DNA of 64,000 nucleotides. Origin: Camelus dromedarius (lineage: Eukaryota). A program made the position numbers and the translations under genes. Where the stretch lies: the NCBI RefSeq assembly GCF_036321535.1, contig NC_087447.1:40674001-40738000 (forward strand). Reading direction: 5' to 3'. This document shows positions 1 to 14,129 of the stretch, piece after piece; positions within the stretch are counted from its first letter, which is position 1; each line of letters opens with the position of its first letter. Under the pieces are notes generated by a model. The model was not told the origin of the DNA and did not search any database. It worked only from the letters and a program-made list of their open reading frames with translations.

Positions 1-254
1 TAAGAAGTTATTTCAGTATTTTAATAACTGGTGTGGTGGGCCCAGGGTGTACCAGCTAAATATCAACCTTAAAACAAATTATTTTATCAGCCTCGCCCTG
101 ACTATTTACAGCCTAAGCCAAAATGTCCCTGTTGGCATCTGCTTGTCGATAAGGAAGATCTCATTGCTGGGATTTGAAGGAGGCCTGGCCTGGGTCTTAT
201 GGATGCTGGACTCTGAACAAGTAGGATTTCCTATTGTCTCACAAAAGTTTAAAG

Positions 255-1345
255 CTGTGTTTTCAAATGTTTGATCATAGAACTCCTTTATGCTTCTAAA
301 AATCATTGAGGACCCCAAAGAGCTTTTGTTCATGTGGGTTACATCTATTTACCACATTAAGAAATTTAAACTGAAGGAATTTCAAAATAGTTATTTATTA
401 ATTTATTTACCAATGACAATAATAAACCCAATTAAATGTCAACATAAATAACACTTTTTTTTTAATGAAAAAGAACTGCAGTTTCTAAAACAAAAGATAC
501 TTCATTGGGAAGCGTGACCTTGTATTATATTTTCACAAATCTCTTTAATTCCTGCCTTGATACGTGAAGCTGGATTCTCATATCTGCTTCTGTGTTCAGT
601 CTGTTGCAATATATATTATCTTGGTTGAAGTATATGAAAAACATTCTTCTTCACATGGATATGTAGGTGGAAAATGGAGGAGTATATGAATAGCATTTTC
701 AGATAATTGTGGATATTCTTCTTTGATACTACACCAAAACTGGACAAGTGGTAGACTTTCAGAGGCTAGTTGCGTCGTGGAATCTGAAACCGTATCAATA
801 AACTTTTTTGCACTCTGTTACATTAAAATCCACTGATCTGTCTTGAAATTTTATGCTTGTATCTTCTATACAAGCATGATTTTGTAACACTTTGCACTTT
901 TCTTTTTGGAAAGAAATAGGTTCGCTGAGTTAGGCAGATCTAAATGTTGAAATATTTTATTATGCAGTAAAAAAAAATTACTTTGTCACTAGTACCATTG
1001 ATATCGCCAGAAGCTTTTAAGTATTGGGAAGCTGTCGAGCTCATGGTGGTGGATGCAAGTTTTCCAAAACTCTAATTTTTTTTTTTTTGGCTTAAGAGCT
1101 TAGATTTTGTTATTGGGAAAAATACTATCGGTTATTTTTCGTGAATTAACTAGCTCACTTTTTTCATTTTTGAGAAGAGTGCCAGATTCCCAGCTTTGAA
1201 TAATTATGGTCTGTTAGTTGTTCTTTCAAGTAAAAACAGTGCTCTGTGAAAGAAGTGGCTAGTTCAGTTCACAACTCAATCATAAGAGCACTTTTTCTAG
1301 AGCCAACCTTCGTACTTCGGTCTGCAGCAGAAGGGCTTTATGAGC
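255..1345 (-). mobile_element. hAT-Charlie (Charlie1-type) DNA transposon fossil: one terminus plus the C-terminal part of the decayed transposase
   Basis: The minus strand translates to HKALLLQTEVRRLALEKVL at ~1285-1345, matching the Charlie/Buster motif LLLHTEVRWLSRGKVL. At ~620-695 it gives AIHILLHFPPTYPCEEECFSYTSTK, matching the hAT dimerisation-domain motif LLPFPTTYLCExxFS. The terminal sequence at ~255-340 (…attgaggaccccaaagagcttttgtt…) resembles the Charlie1 end as I recall it. The reading frame has multiple stops and frameshifts. Confidence 0.85.
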
Positions 1346-3254
1346 GTCTACGCTTATAGATATTTGTGGGTAATAGGAATAATTCACACTATGGCTCATT
1401 GGTTTTGTTTGTTTGCCTCCATGCTCCCCAGGGATGTTAAGAAGCAAACGGCTCTGTGGGTGTTTTACTGAAGGTTTTCCTTTCTGTCCCCATGTGTTCA
1501 GAAGTGCTCCTCGGAGCTCTGCCCACTTCATTCACTGGTGAGAATGTGACCAGTTGAGATGTCTTAGAAAACAGGCACCGGTCTCTCTTGTAGCATATGC
1601 CATCAGCTTCCCATCCACAGATAATGTGATGTCTCCCTGGTTCCTGTTTACTTTGATTTCCCTTTTTTTAAGACTATAAAATGCAAGCTGTCCTCTTGTG
1701 TTTGTGGGGATTTTTTTCTTTCCTGGACATAACTTCCGGGCCTTTCTTGGCACAGCAGAGTGTCTATCTTTGAGCTTCCTGTGCCTGTCCCCAACTGTTG
1801 GCAGGACAATTTGCTTCAATTTTATTGCCTCTGGCCACTTGTCCTGCCTTTTGGAACCAAGTCCCTGGAATTCAGGGGCCACTTCTTCTCCTACTTCCCC
1901 TCTTTGCTTCTCTCTGTGTGTCCTCTTTTCTCCTCTCCTCCTGGCTGCACTCTTCAAAGCTTACAATGTCTGTAGCCAGTCAGCTCGTGGTGCCATTTCT
2001 TTCTGAATTCTTATGCCCTTACAAGAACTTGGTTCATCTCCACTTCATTGAATGTGACCTCGTGCTTTCATTTTGTGGAGAGCTGTTGACTTGCCCCAAA
2101 CCCAAATCCACTTATTTAGGTCTTCTATTGGTGTTGAGATCGCATGCTCCTTGCAGACAGGATTGTGCCTTGGACAACTTCATCTCTCCCTCCCGGTCCA
2201 GCTCACACCTGGCACCACGTTGACAGCATGTTAATTGCCAGTTTGGTTTTTGCTTTTTTGAAGGAGCAGAGCAGAAGATTTCAGCATTTTCTCTGGCCAC
2301 ACATGTGGGCAAGGCATTGGAACTGTCTTGATGTATGCCCTACTGAAGGTCTCCATTTGAATGAGTGACATCTCATGAGACCTCTGGTCTTTTGATGTTC
2401 TACCTTTAGGAAATGAGATGTAAATGTGTCCTTTCCTGGTGCCAGGTGGAGAGGAATTTAGTAGCTACAATCTTTTTCATTTATTGATTAAACCCATCTT
2501 TCATGTACTTTTCAGCCAGAAACAGAGCTAGCAACCATTTTACCTTCTGAATTTAATTTCCACCTATGGATTTTGAGAATATGCATTTATTCATTCGTTT
2601 AAAATATGCTAATTGAGCACCTACTATGTACTAGGCACTGTGTAAGATGCTTAGGAGGTATGAGATGTGCACACAGAATTAGCATCTAGGACGACCAGGA
2701 ATCAGAAGAAAACCCAAGATCCTGCAAAGAATGGAGGAACAGAGGCCTTATCTTCCCTAATGAGTAACTGAGCAGGAGACCGATAACTCAAGCCTGAATC
2801 TGTGATACTTTGGAAAAGTCCCCTAGTATAGTGACAAACGAAATGCAACTTCTCGGTAAAGAGCTGGAAAGCAGCACACCTCTGCTGGCCCTTATGGCTT
2901 CCGTAGTATAGCTCGTGAGTATTTTTTTCCGAAGTGTGTGTCAGCAGGTCTTGAAGAGAGGCCAGTGCCTTTCAGTTTTGGATATAGAGTAACACAGGGG
3001 ATAGGATGACTCAGGGGTATCTTGGACCCTCCCCCCTTGCAGGCCCCTGATGGTCCCGTCCTCATGGGGCATGGGCAGTGGGCGTGCTGTGTGACTGGGG
3101 TGAGGGGCATGGCTGAGTAGGGGTCTGTTCTCCATCCAGCAGCCAAGGTGGTCTTTTAAAAATGCAGTCAGTTCATGGCACTTTTCTCAAGCCCTGTAAT
3201 GATTGTTCATTAGATGAAGTCCATCTCCTTTACTGAGGCCTGCAAGTCTACTGG

Positions 3255-3612
3255 TGAGTTTCTGCTAGGCTTTGCTATAGAAACATCAAATGCTTTCAAT
3301 CCCTAAGGTGTCTTTCTCATTCACACTGAATGTTAAGCCTGCTTCACAGGACTTCTTCATTCTGAGATCCAGGTGGAGGGAGCAGCAGTGGCTGAACACC
3401 ATAATGGCTCTTAAAGCTTCGCCTCAAAGTGGCATATATCACTTCTGCTCAAGTTCCACTGGCCCAAGCAAGTGAGATAACCCCCTTGCTGTGGGGCTGG
3501 ATGCAGAGCTCCCCCACTGGATGGCACTGCCAGTCACAGGGCAACAGACGGGAGCTTATAACCTTCTTCCAAGAGGGCAGCAAATAATCAGGAATGCTAG
3601 CACAACCCCACA
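3255..3612 (-). mobile_element. Old MaLR solo LTR (MLT1J/L-like), inserted into an L2 remnant
   Basis: Contains MLT1-type motifs (atcacttctgctcaagttccactggcccaagcaagt…), with L2-like sequence on both sides. Confidence 0.55.
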
Positions 3613-3614
3613 CA

Positions 3615-4030
3615 GGCCTTTGCTATCTGGCCCGCTCACTCCGCTGCCCTTGCCTCCCACCACTCCCTCTAGCCTCTCGTTCTGCTCCGGCCCTGTCAGC
3701 CTTATGCTTTTTCCCAAATACCGAGCTTTATTCCTGCCTCAGGACCTCTACCACAATGCCTGGTTCCAAGCAGCCTCTCATCACATCACTGGGCCCTTTG
3801 TCCAGGTCTCCTCCTCAGAAAGGCTTGCTCTTCTTCCCTGTTGCCTCTGTTTTCCTTTGTGCATGTACACCCACCTGAGATGACTTGATGTATCTGTTCA
3901 TTTGTTGTCTTTCTCCTCCTGGAGACCATAACTGTCTTGGGGGCAGGGACTTGGTCCTGTTCTCAGCATCTCATGTACCTGGATGCCTGATGCTTGGGTG
4001 GGCTTTCAGTAAATGCTTGTTGAATGAATG
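3615..4030 (+). mobile_element. L2 LINE 3' fragment
   Basis: Ends in the characteristic L2 tail …cagtaaatgcttgttgaatgaatg. Confidence 0.7.
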
Positions 4031-5831
4031 GCTGCTCACCTGTAGGACAATCAGTCCCAGAGCAGAGAGGCTCCCAGCATATGAGGGGGTGGCAGCCCCT
4101 TTGGGAATAAGCACATGCCTCCAACTAGCCTGGATGCTTCTGTCCTGCTGAGCATGAAACAGACACATGCATTCTTTATTTGCCCCTGGATGGAGACCCC
4201 CGCCCCCTTCACCTACAAGTCTAGCCAGGCTGGGCAGCGGGAGCATGGTTTTACGAAGCACCCAGTGAGCAGCCCCCATTGATTTAACAAGGAGCTGCAC
4301 CATTCTGTAGCCCTGCTCTGGGTACAGCACTGGATGACTTGGCCTTTGGCGGGGTTGGGAGTGTGTACAGCAGGAGGGGACAGCTGGGTGGGCAGGAGGT
4401 CAGCTAGGGTCTCAGCCGCTCCTGGCTCTGCTTGGACTCGTGTTCAGACCCAAAGTAGCAGGGAGGTCAGCAGTTATTACAGGGGGGCGAGAAAAGCAGA
4501 AGATCCTGGCAGGCATCCCTGGAAGACAGGAATTACACACAACCAGCACCTGGCTCTGTTTAGAGCCCATTTGTAGCTGGACCAAAAATGAATTTGTCAC
4601 ATCAGTCAGAGCCAGTGGGACTCAGCAATTCTCTGAGTCCAGGGAATAGCCAGGAAGGAATAGCCTGCCCCTTGCCCTGGCCTCCCCTTGCCCTGTGCCA
4701 AGTCCACCGAGTACCAATGTGGATTGTGTCACCTGTCCCTCGCCTCCCAGCTCTGCCCCACCTCTCAGAGCACTTCTATCCTGTGTCTTTGAACAATTTA
4801 GGAAAGATGAGGCTTTTCCAGCTGCCATGGCTGGGGCTCAGCAAGCTTGCTTCTCTTGGGACATCAGCAGATAGACAAAACTCACACAGCACATACATTT
4901 TCCTTCTCAACAAACACACTGGCTCCCCCTCTCCAAGGGCTATAGGGAGCTACAAGCAGGCTTCAGGGTGGCACTGTGGAGGAGAGCATAATCCTTGGTG
5001 TCTTTTTGCTAGGATGCCCTTGTGCTGGAGGAGGGTGAAGGTAACAGAAGCCCCAGTGCATTTGCCCTGGCCGGGGTCAGATGGAAATGAGATCCTGCTG
5101 CTTAGAAATGCTTATCACCTTCTGCCTTCATTCCTGATGAGCCCATGAGTGAGATAGGTCCACGTTAGGCCACAAAATAAAACAGCCCTGATATAGGGTG
5201 ATGGTAGATGGAGGCAGGTGGACAGTCACTGGACATGCTTGTGTGGCCATCTGGGCTGTCTTGAAAAGTCTCTGTTTGGATCAGTTGGGTGTTCTGCTGG
5301 GGCAGTGCCCATCCTATTCCAGTTATTAAATATTTTGAATATTACTCCTATGTGGAAGTCTCATTAATCTGTAATCTGCAGTGGCTGGACTGCCTGGGGC
5401 ATAGTACTGCAGGCATTTGAAATTGAAAAATGAGTGACAGTCCAGGAGCAGAGTAGTGAAGGGAGGGATTCCAAGCTGAAGGAACAGCTTAGGCAAAGGG
5501 CCAGAGGCAGAAGACAGCTGGGAATATTGCAGGGGTAACATCTTGGGGATTGTTTTATGAAAGCCTTTGGGAAGGAGAACCCAGCGTTAGGCCTCAGGGT
5601 GGAGAAGGAACAGGATGGCACCTTCCTCGTCAGCTTTTAGGATCAGTAACAGATGAGGTTTTCCCTGGGCCTGCCACCCAAGTCCTCTCACAAAGGAGTC
5701 TGCATTTTGGGAATGAACTGGAAAACCTGGGCCCAGGCATAGAATGTAATGTGTCAAAGGTCATGAGTTAGTGGTGAAGGTAGAGTTTACCTAATTGTTG
5801 AATACAGGCCTCTGTTTCATAGAGGGATCTC

Positions 5832-5910
5832 CTGTCTGTCTGTCTGTCTATCTATCTATCCATCTACCTATCTATCCATCCATCTATCTATCTATCCATC
5901 CTGTCTGTCT
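5832..5910. repeat. Compound tetranucleotide microsatellite (CTGT)n(CTAT)n(CCAT)n
   Basis: Read directly from the sequence. Confidence 0.95.
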
Positions 5911-8900
5911 CCCCATCTCCTTAATCCGCTTCATCTCCCTTTTGCTTTCTTGTCCAATGTTGAGTCATGCAGACCTTTCCCTCCCTCCATTCTGGCCCTC
6001 CTCTCATTGCTATAGGAAGCCCACCACTGTGGGGTTTGGGGAGCATCTTTTGTTGAGTTCCTAGTTCCTAGGAAGCCGTGTGACAGGTGTAGTTACTGAG
6101 TCACAGTTCAGCCATGGGCTGGGTGTAGACCCAGCACGTTACAGCTGTGTCCTGATGGCCTTCCTCCACCCAGGACTCTCTCCTAACTGAAACCAGGTTA
6201 AAATGTGGAAATTAGCTTTTAAGCATTTTAGGGCTTAGCACATTGATTTATCAAATTGTTTATTGGCATGGCCTCAGAGCACACAGGAATAGGTGTAGTG
6301 GTTTATTTAGAAAGGGACAGATTATCAATTAATCTTAAGTACACCTCTTTCACTGCCCCTCCCCACATTCTGTGTGTCACTTCCAAAGCCTTTGTCTAAT
6401 CTTCCTGGTTTCTGATTCTGCCCTACTGAGGCCCATGGGGTATCTTGGCACTGATCCGGGAGGTTGGGCTGGATGGATAAGGGTAGGGATGGAGATCCCA
6501 TCTCTACCCCCACATCAGCCAAAGCAGCTCTGCTCTATTTGTATTATATATTGGGGTTCACATGGGCTTTTACCTGGACCCACGTCGTATGACTAAAACA
6601 AGTTTGGAAATCACTGTTTGGAGTGAGAAAGCTATGTAGCCCAGCCAAGTAGCCTGCTGTCTGTCGCCTCTAAGCGTTGGTCAAGCCTGGAGAGCTGGTG
6701 GCAGCTGGGCCTCGCCTTGGCACTCACTAGAGCTGGCTGTGGGCTGACCAGTGTGGCCCCATGCCTGACCGCGGGGAGGATGCTTCTCTGTTGTCACCAC
6801 CATTTGGCCCAGCGAATTTCCTGACTCTCAATTTCCCCACTGGGATCCTGTCTGTCCATAGCCATTTCCCAGCCACCCCTGCATGTCCGCTGGGATGCCA
6901 CTGGCCAGGAAACTCAAGCTGGGTACAGCTCTGGAAGTGGCCTGTCCCTTTCCCAGCTGTCCAGCAGCACTGCCCTCACCTCCTTCCTTCCTGAGGCCCG
7001 AGGCAAAGAGAGGCCACTCCATCCCTTTTGGATCTCCAGGGAGCCAGCTGGCCCGAGCCTCAGGTTCTTTGCTGTTGGTAGGCCTTTCCATTTCTAGGAA
7101 GGCACAAAGCATCCAAGGCTGATTTTGGGAAGCAGCTGGTCGGGAAAGGTTGCTTAGGACTGTGCTTTCCTGTCTTCTCCCCATCACTGCCTTTACTTGT
7201 GCAGTAGGTGTCCCCGAGGGAGGCGGCAGCCGGCAAGGAGGCCGCAGCACCTGCTGGTCCTGCACACAGAGGCCCAGGCCTGCCTGTCTCGTGTGACCCT
7301 GACTCCCCTCGCCTCCTGGTCCTGGGAGGTGGGGTCTCTTCCTGAGACACCTTGTTGCTTTTTCTCATTCTCTTTTCCTTAAAAGCCAAGCAGCCCATCC
7401 ATCCTGGTGAAGGAAAGGATAAGAGGGAAGCCTCTTCTTAATTGGCTCAAGGCCATTGCACGCATTACCAGGTATACTCAAGCTGCAATTTACTTTTTAA
7501 TTAAAGTTCTTTCTACCTATAGGAAAGCTGAGCATTGAGCCAAGTGTTCTGTCCCTGGAAAAGGGCGTGTTGGGGAGCAGTCACAGAAGAAAGCAAGGAG
7601 AGCATTTGGCTTACTGAGTTTGATGTTGTTCATTGTTATTCTTTTTGGTTCCTCCTCATGGGTATCTTTTCCAAGCCAGTGACCTGCAGTATGGTCTGCC
7701 CTGGATCCTCATACAAACCCACAAGTTCTCTTGGCTCACCCCCTCCTGGTCCCTGAGTCCATGGCCTGGGGACACCATCATCTCCCACAGGATTTCGGCA
7801 CCTTCCAGGGCACATCTTGGAGTCTCTTCCATGTCCGGCCGTGGCCTGTACCTGAGGCCTCTGTTTTGTCCCAAGTTAGTGCCAGCCAGAAAACCATTCC
7901 CTCAAGCAGCCTCATGTGAGGATTCACAGCACCTTCACTTTAGGGAAGATTAGAAGGTCATGGGAAAGGTCACGTCTCAAGATCAAGGTCTTCTTGCTCC
8001 TTCTCCCATATTGCTATAGTCTTTCCTCTCAGTATATAGGACAGTTTCTCGCTTTTTGGAAGCCTTGGCTATACACATCACCCTGGCCTTGTCCTCTTGC
8101 TTCTTCCAAACCGAGAGTCTTCCTGACGGAGGCCAGCTGGGTGCTTGCCTGCCACCTCTCCTTTCCGCCAGGATGAAAGGCTCTGTCTTTCCTAGGGCCT
8201 ATCCCTGAATCACCCAGCATCGTTGGCTTCGGGGTTTGAAGCCCAGGGTTCTGTGGACTTTGCTGAGGCTCCCTGGATTGGAGCGGAGAGAGTGGGCATT
8301 GACCCCTATCCTGTGATACTGTCTCTAATGACACAGAAGCCAGAAAGGAAAGAGCAGAGTCTTTGGGGATGTGTGGATGGCTTCTTTTTCTGTTATTCAG
8401 TGTCACTCTGCTCCCAGTAAGCTAAACAGTTTTCAGAGGGTGGGCAGGGAAGCTTCAGAGGGTGCCTGCCCAGAGCAGGGCCGGATAAGCAGGGCCACCC
8501 CAGCGGAGGCCTGGCTCCATTCTGTGGCCTGGGGCAGTGCATGGTTCAGTAGCTCCACAGTGGTCCTCTCCAGCCACCTTCTGAATCCAATAGGGCCTGG
8601 TGGGGTGTGAACTTGAAAAGTGATGATAATAATCACAATGGCTAACATTACTGGTCCCTTGGTATGGCCAGCCACCTGCTGGGCGCAGCACATACATTAT
8701 TATTTTGTTTAATCCCCCCACTAGCCTGTGAGGTAAGTATGATCATCCCCATCTTACAGATGAGGAGACTGAGTTTAGTCCACACAGCCGATCAGTGCTG
8801 CCAATAAGTGGTGTTTATCAAGGCGACAGGCAGCAAAGATGGTTTGACCATTGCTGAAGTCTGAGTTTTGGCCTCTGTCTACAGAAGGCATACCCCTAAC

Positions 8901-9085
8901 ACCCAGCAGTGGTGGGCCAGTGCCAGGCGCCTTCCGTGGAGGAGTGGTGAAGGCCTACCCTCAGCCAGCAACCCCACCTTGTTCCATCTCTGGAACTAAG
9001 GGAGTTCATTCACAAAGTGATCACAGGCTCAGGCAATAGCCAAAGGAGAGAGATTTGCCCTGTGCAAACGCAAAAACAAGTTTTT

Positions 9086-9299
9086 AAAAAAATTTATTTT
9101 TTATTGAAGTATAGTTGATTTACAGTGTTAGTTTCAGGTGTACAGCAAAGTGATTCAGCTATACATATACATATACATACATACATACATACTTACATAC
9201 ATACATACATAAATTTTCTTTTCAGATTCTTTTCCATTATGTTCACTTATATTCCCTGCACTACATAGTAGGTCCTTGTTGTTTATCTATTTTATACAT
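9086..9299 (-). mobile_element. Very short 5'-truncated L1 (artiodactyl-type 3' end only) with an internal (TACA)n tract
   Basis: Homologous to the 3' end of the L1 at 10801. TSD AAAACAAGTTTTT at 9073-9085 and 9300-9312, with a canonical TTTT/AA endonuclease site. (TACA)n lies at ~9161-9210. Confidence 0.9.
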
Positions 9300-9439
9300 A
9301 AAACAAGTTTTTAAAAAATGATTATTTGGCCTTCAGTTTACAAAGCACATTCTCAATCTTAGATAATGTGAGCCTCACACCCAGAGCCCTGACCTCGTTA
9401 GTACCATGTGCTGACCCAGCTAAGGGGACGGGCCTGGAT

Positions 9440-9660
9440 CCCAGCTTGAGCTTCAGAGTTGGACAGGCCTGGGGTTGAATCCTAGTTCCACCTCCTTCCA
9501 GCTCTGTGACCCTAGGTGAAGTATTTAACCTCTTGCAGCCTCGGTTTCTTGATCTGTAAAATGGGATAGTAATCTCTCCCAATATGGTCACTGTGAAACT
9601 TAAACAAAGTTCACACATGTAGAAGCTTGGTGTGACATTATGTCAGTGAATGTCAGTCCT
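9440..9660 (+). mobile_element. MIR SINE
   Basis: MIR core: ggttgaatcctagttccacctc…gctctgtgaccctagg…ctcggtttcttgatctgtaaaatgggatagtaat. Confidence 0.8.
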
Positions 9661-10800
9661 TCTCCTACCCCCACTGTCCTCTCTTCTAACTGCATCTGAT
9701 TAAAGCAACATCTTGTGGTTCATCTCTTTGGGGAAATTCACTGGAGTGAAATGATGCTCTGTCTTTGAGATTTTTCTCTTGGTTATTCCAAACGCAGGTC
9801 ATGAAGCCAGGATGAGGCTCTGTATGGAACCACAGCCTGGTGAGCAGCAGTGGGGGACCTGACCAATGAATCCCCAGAATCAGTGCCCTGGAACCTGGTC
9901 ACATGCATTCATAGCAGGAGGACAGTGCTGGCTAGAGAAAGGCAGCACGTACTCTCACCTGCCCAGGCTCTCATACATGCCAGGTGGCCTGGCCGTCCAG
10001 AAACAAATAGAAAATAGGTAGCCAGGTGGTTCAATAGAAGAGCCTGAAATCCTGGCTCTGTCTGTTTCTGTGACGCTGGGTTAGTTGCTGCACCACTCTG
10101 AACCACAGTGTTCTCTTCTGTGAAATGGGGGTCAGTTAATAAATAGTGTTGTTGTTAATGAATAGGGATACTGTTCTCAGTATTTGAAGCCGATATCACC
10201 TTTCCTCCTCAAAGGAGTGACCATGCTGATAACTTGTTTTCTCTAGAACGGTTGATGACTTACAAATGGACCCTTACTTTGCTGAGTGGCTCACCTTCCA
10301 TTCCTCCCTTCTTCTCTTCTTTCCCTACCCCTTCCCCACCTGCCTTCCATCACCTCATAGCATCTGCTGTTGGCTGGACACACTGGGCTGGGTGCAGGGG
10401 AGGACGTGAGGAACTCGTGACCTCATATAGAAGATAACACAGGGCATGAGAGGGGGGGTCTTGCCTCAGATGATCAGGGAAAGCTTTAGTGGAGCAGGCC
10501 CCTGAAGGCTGTTTTAGAATTTTGGAAGGTAAAGGTGTGGGGTGGGGAGGGCATGCCAGAAAGAAGGAGCAGTTTGAGCAGAAGTGTGGCTGCCTAAAGG
10601 CAGAGGGTGATCCAGGCCAGTGGCTCAGGAGTGGGCAAAGGGTGCCTGGAGGGCCCCCTGCAGAGATTGTGCGTGACCGTTCAGTGGCTCACAGGTGCAG
10701 TGGATTGGCTTCCACCCTCGGATGCCTTGCCAGGAATTAATTATATTTATGGTAATGAGCTTGGACCCTGCACACCAGGCTGGCTTAAATAAACCTCTCT

Positions 10801-12627
10801 CTCTTTAAATTGAAGTACAGTTGATTTACAATGTTGTATTAGTTTCAGGTACACAGCAAAGTGATTCAGTTTTATATATATATACACACATACACATATA
10901 TACATACATATATATATTTCAGATTCTTTTCCATTATAGGTTATGACAATATACTGAATATACTTCCCGGTGCTATACAGTAGGTCCTTGTTGCTTACCT
11001 ATTTTATATATAGTAGTGTGTATATGTTAATCCCAGACTCCTAATTTGTCCCTCCTCCCATTTCCCCTTTGGTAACTATAGTTTGTTTTCTATGTCTGTG
11101 AATCTATTTCTGGTTTATAAATAAGTTCATTTGTATTTTTTATATTCCACATATAAGTGATATCATTTATTTGTCTTTGTCTGACTCACTTCACATAATG
11201 TGATAATCTCTAGGTCCATCCATGTTGCTGCAAATGGCATTATTTCATTCTTTTTTATGGCTGAGTAATATTCCATTGTATATATATCACATCTTCTTTA
11301 TCCAGTCATCTGTCAGTGGACATTTAGGTTGCTTCCATGTCTTGGCAATTGTAAATGGTGCTGCTATGAACATTGGGGTGCATGTGTCTGTTTGAATTAG
11401 AGTTTTATCCAGATACATGCCCAGGAGTGGGATTGCTGGATGATCGAGTAACTATTTTTAGTTTTTAAGGAGCTGCTATACTCTTCTCTGTAGTGTCTGC
11501 ACTAATTTACATTCCCACCAACAGTGTAGGAGGGTTCCTTTTTCTTCACACCCTCTCCAGCATTTATTATTTGTAGATGTTTTAATGATGTCTATTCTGA
11601 CTGATGTGAGGTGATACCTCATTGTAGTTTTGATTTTCATTTATCTAATAATTATTAGCAATATTGAGCGTTTTTCACATCCCTCTTGGCCATCTGTATG
11701 TCTTCCTTGGAGAAAAGTCTATTTAGGTCTTCTGCCCATTTCTAATTAGTTTCTTTCTTTTTGATATTGAGCTGTATGAGCTATTTGTATATTTTGGAAA
11801 TTAACCCCTTGTTTGTCTCATCATTTCCAAATATTTTTTCCCATTCTGTAGGTTGTCTTTTTGTTTTGTTTATGATTTCATTTGCTGTGCAAAAGCCTTT
11901 AAGTTTAATTAGGTTTCATTTGTTTATTTTTGCTTTTATTTCCATTACTCTAGGAGATGGATCAAAAAAAATACTGAGGCAATTTATGTCAAAGAGTGTT
12001 CTGCCTATGTTTCCAGGAGTTTTAGAGTATCTGGTCTTAAATATAGGCCTTTAATCCATTTTGAGTTTATTTTTGTATATGGTGTTAGAAAATGTTCCAA
12101 TTTCATCCTTTACAGGTAGCTGTCCAGTTTTCTCAGCACCACTTATTGAAGAGACTGTCTTTTCTCCATTGTATATTCTTGCCTCCTTTGTCATAGATTA
12201 ATTGAGCATAAGTGTATGGGTTTATTTCTGGACTTTCTATCCTGTTCCATTGATCTATGTGTCTGTTTTTGTGTCAGTACCATAATGTTTTGATTACTGT
12301 AGCTTTGTACTATAGTCTGAAGTCAGGGAGCATGATTCCTTCAGCTCTGTTCTTCTTTCTCAAGACTGTTTTGGCTATTCAGGATTTTTTGTGTTTCTGT
12401 ACAAATTCAAAGATTTTTTGTTTCAGTTCTGTGGAAAATGCCGTTGGTAATTTGATAGGGATTGCAATGAATCTGAATATTGCCTTGGGTAGTGTGGCCA
12501 TTTTAACAATATTGATTCTTCCAACCCAAAAGCACAGTGTATCTTTCTATCTGTGCAGTCTTCAGTTTCTTTCATCAGTGTCATATGGTTTTTGGAGTAC
12601 AGGTCTTTTGCCTCCCTAGGTAGGTTA
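10801..12627 (-). mobile_element. 5'-truncated older L1 (~1.8 kb; end of ORF2 plus 3' UTR)
   Basis: Colinear with the 3' part of the full-length L1 (e.g. gtgaggtgatacctcattgtagttttgat). Decayed ORF2 reads [15 protein letters not shown] and IFFDPSPRVMEIKA. Near-perfect TSD AAATAAAC(C/T)TCTCT at 10787-10800 and 12628-12641. Confidence 0.93.
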
Positions 12628-14129
12628 AAATAAACTTCTCTTAAATGGTCAATTTATGATGTGTTTTATATAATAGTAGCAGTAACTGGACCAGGCACAT
12701 GCTAGATAAATGAATCCAAATACTTGAAGAAACCTGGTCCAAGAATGCCAGTGAGAAACACCCCATGATAAATCATGGCTATTAATTTGCATGCTTTGGG
12801 TCTGCCAGGCTGGGAGCAAACAATTCTTCAGCCTCCTGGGAGTATTGAACCACGAGCCTTTATGAACACTCAGAGTAATTTATACCAGTGTTTCTGCTTG
12901 TCCTTGCTTCCCTAACATGACTCCTTTGCTGGGAGAGATAGTAAATTGGCTCCATCTCTTTTGTGTGGCTCTCCTGGTCAGACTGCAGAAGGGACTCCCC
13001 TTTGACATTGGCCCCTTTGACACTTCGCGCCTGGAGTGTCTTTGGCTTCCTTTTAGCCATCTTGGAAAGTGGGTAGTGCTGGTGGGTGGGCTCTTCATGA
13101 CGCGAAACAGATTTTGACCCTAAATAAACTTCACGTGACCTGGCAAGGTGGTGGTGACACTTTAATCATATCAGTTACGAGCAAGTTCCCGGTACAAAGT
13201 AGTGCTCGGTTAATTGTGACTTTTCATCTTGGCCTGACTGATAATTGAGGTGGGCACACCCTTAGCATAAGGCTGAAACCCCTTTTAAGTCAGTCTTCTC
13301 AGCCTTCCCACATGCTCTGGGTTGCCCTGGTCCTGTCACGAGACAGAGAGCTTCATCTCCAGATCTAAAGTTGTATGGAGAGAGTGTCTAGGAGTTGGTT
13401 GTGAGGTAAGAGCCTTGTCAAAGCCAGCCACTGTGATGGAGGGGAAGTGCCCTGTGTGGGGCGCTGTGGCACAGGAAGGGCAGCCCTTTGGAGCTAGGCC
13501 CTTCTGAATAAGATCCACTGTCCACTGCTTGCTGGCCCCTTAGGGCCTTAATTAGCATTTCTGAGACCCAGGATTCTCAGTTGTAGAGTGGGCTCAGAAA
13601 AAGCCCTGCTTCACGGGGGTCCTGTGAGGGTTAGAAGAAATGACGGTTCAGAAGGGTTCTGCGTAGAGTCGGTGCTCAATAAATGGTAGCATCCCTCTCA
13701 TCCTTGTCAAATATTCAAGTGTAAAGGGCTGTCGTTTTAAAAATTCTTCTCAATACTTTTGGCTTCTGGCCTTGGCAATTCAAGATGGCAGCCTGTGCCC
13801 CAGCTGGACTTGTTGCTGGCATTGTGCTTTCCTTCCTTCCCGTCAGCAGAAGCTGGTGCATGCTTTCACACCCCTGACAGCTGGCAGGGAGGGGAGGGTC
13901 ACGTGGGGGCCATCTGCTCCTTGTCCTCCTGCAGAAAGGCACTGGCCAGCCATGTTCAATGTTCAAGTCTTCCCTCTGTCGGGTCACTCAGTTTAGACCT
14001 CACATCCTGAGGCTGTCAGTGAGGGACGGGGCAGGACAGCTGGATCCTGCACCACTGTCACATGTGCCCAGCACTTACCAGGTTTCACGGGTGGGACTGG
14101 AGAGGAGCCTGGGCCCTGCACTCATGCCC

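Noticed and set aside
11761..12619. Plus-strand ORFs of 97 and 120 aa
   Set aside because: They are antisense frames over the older L1 fragment.
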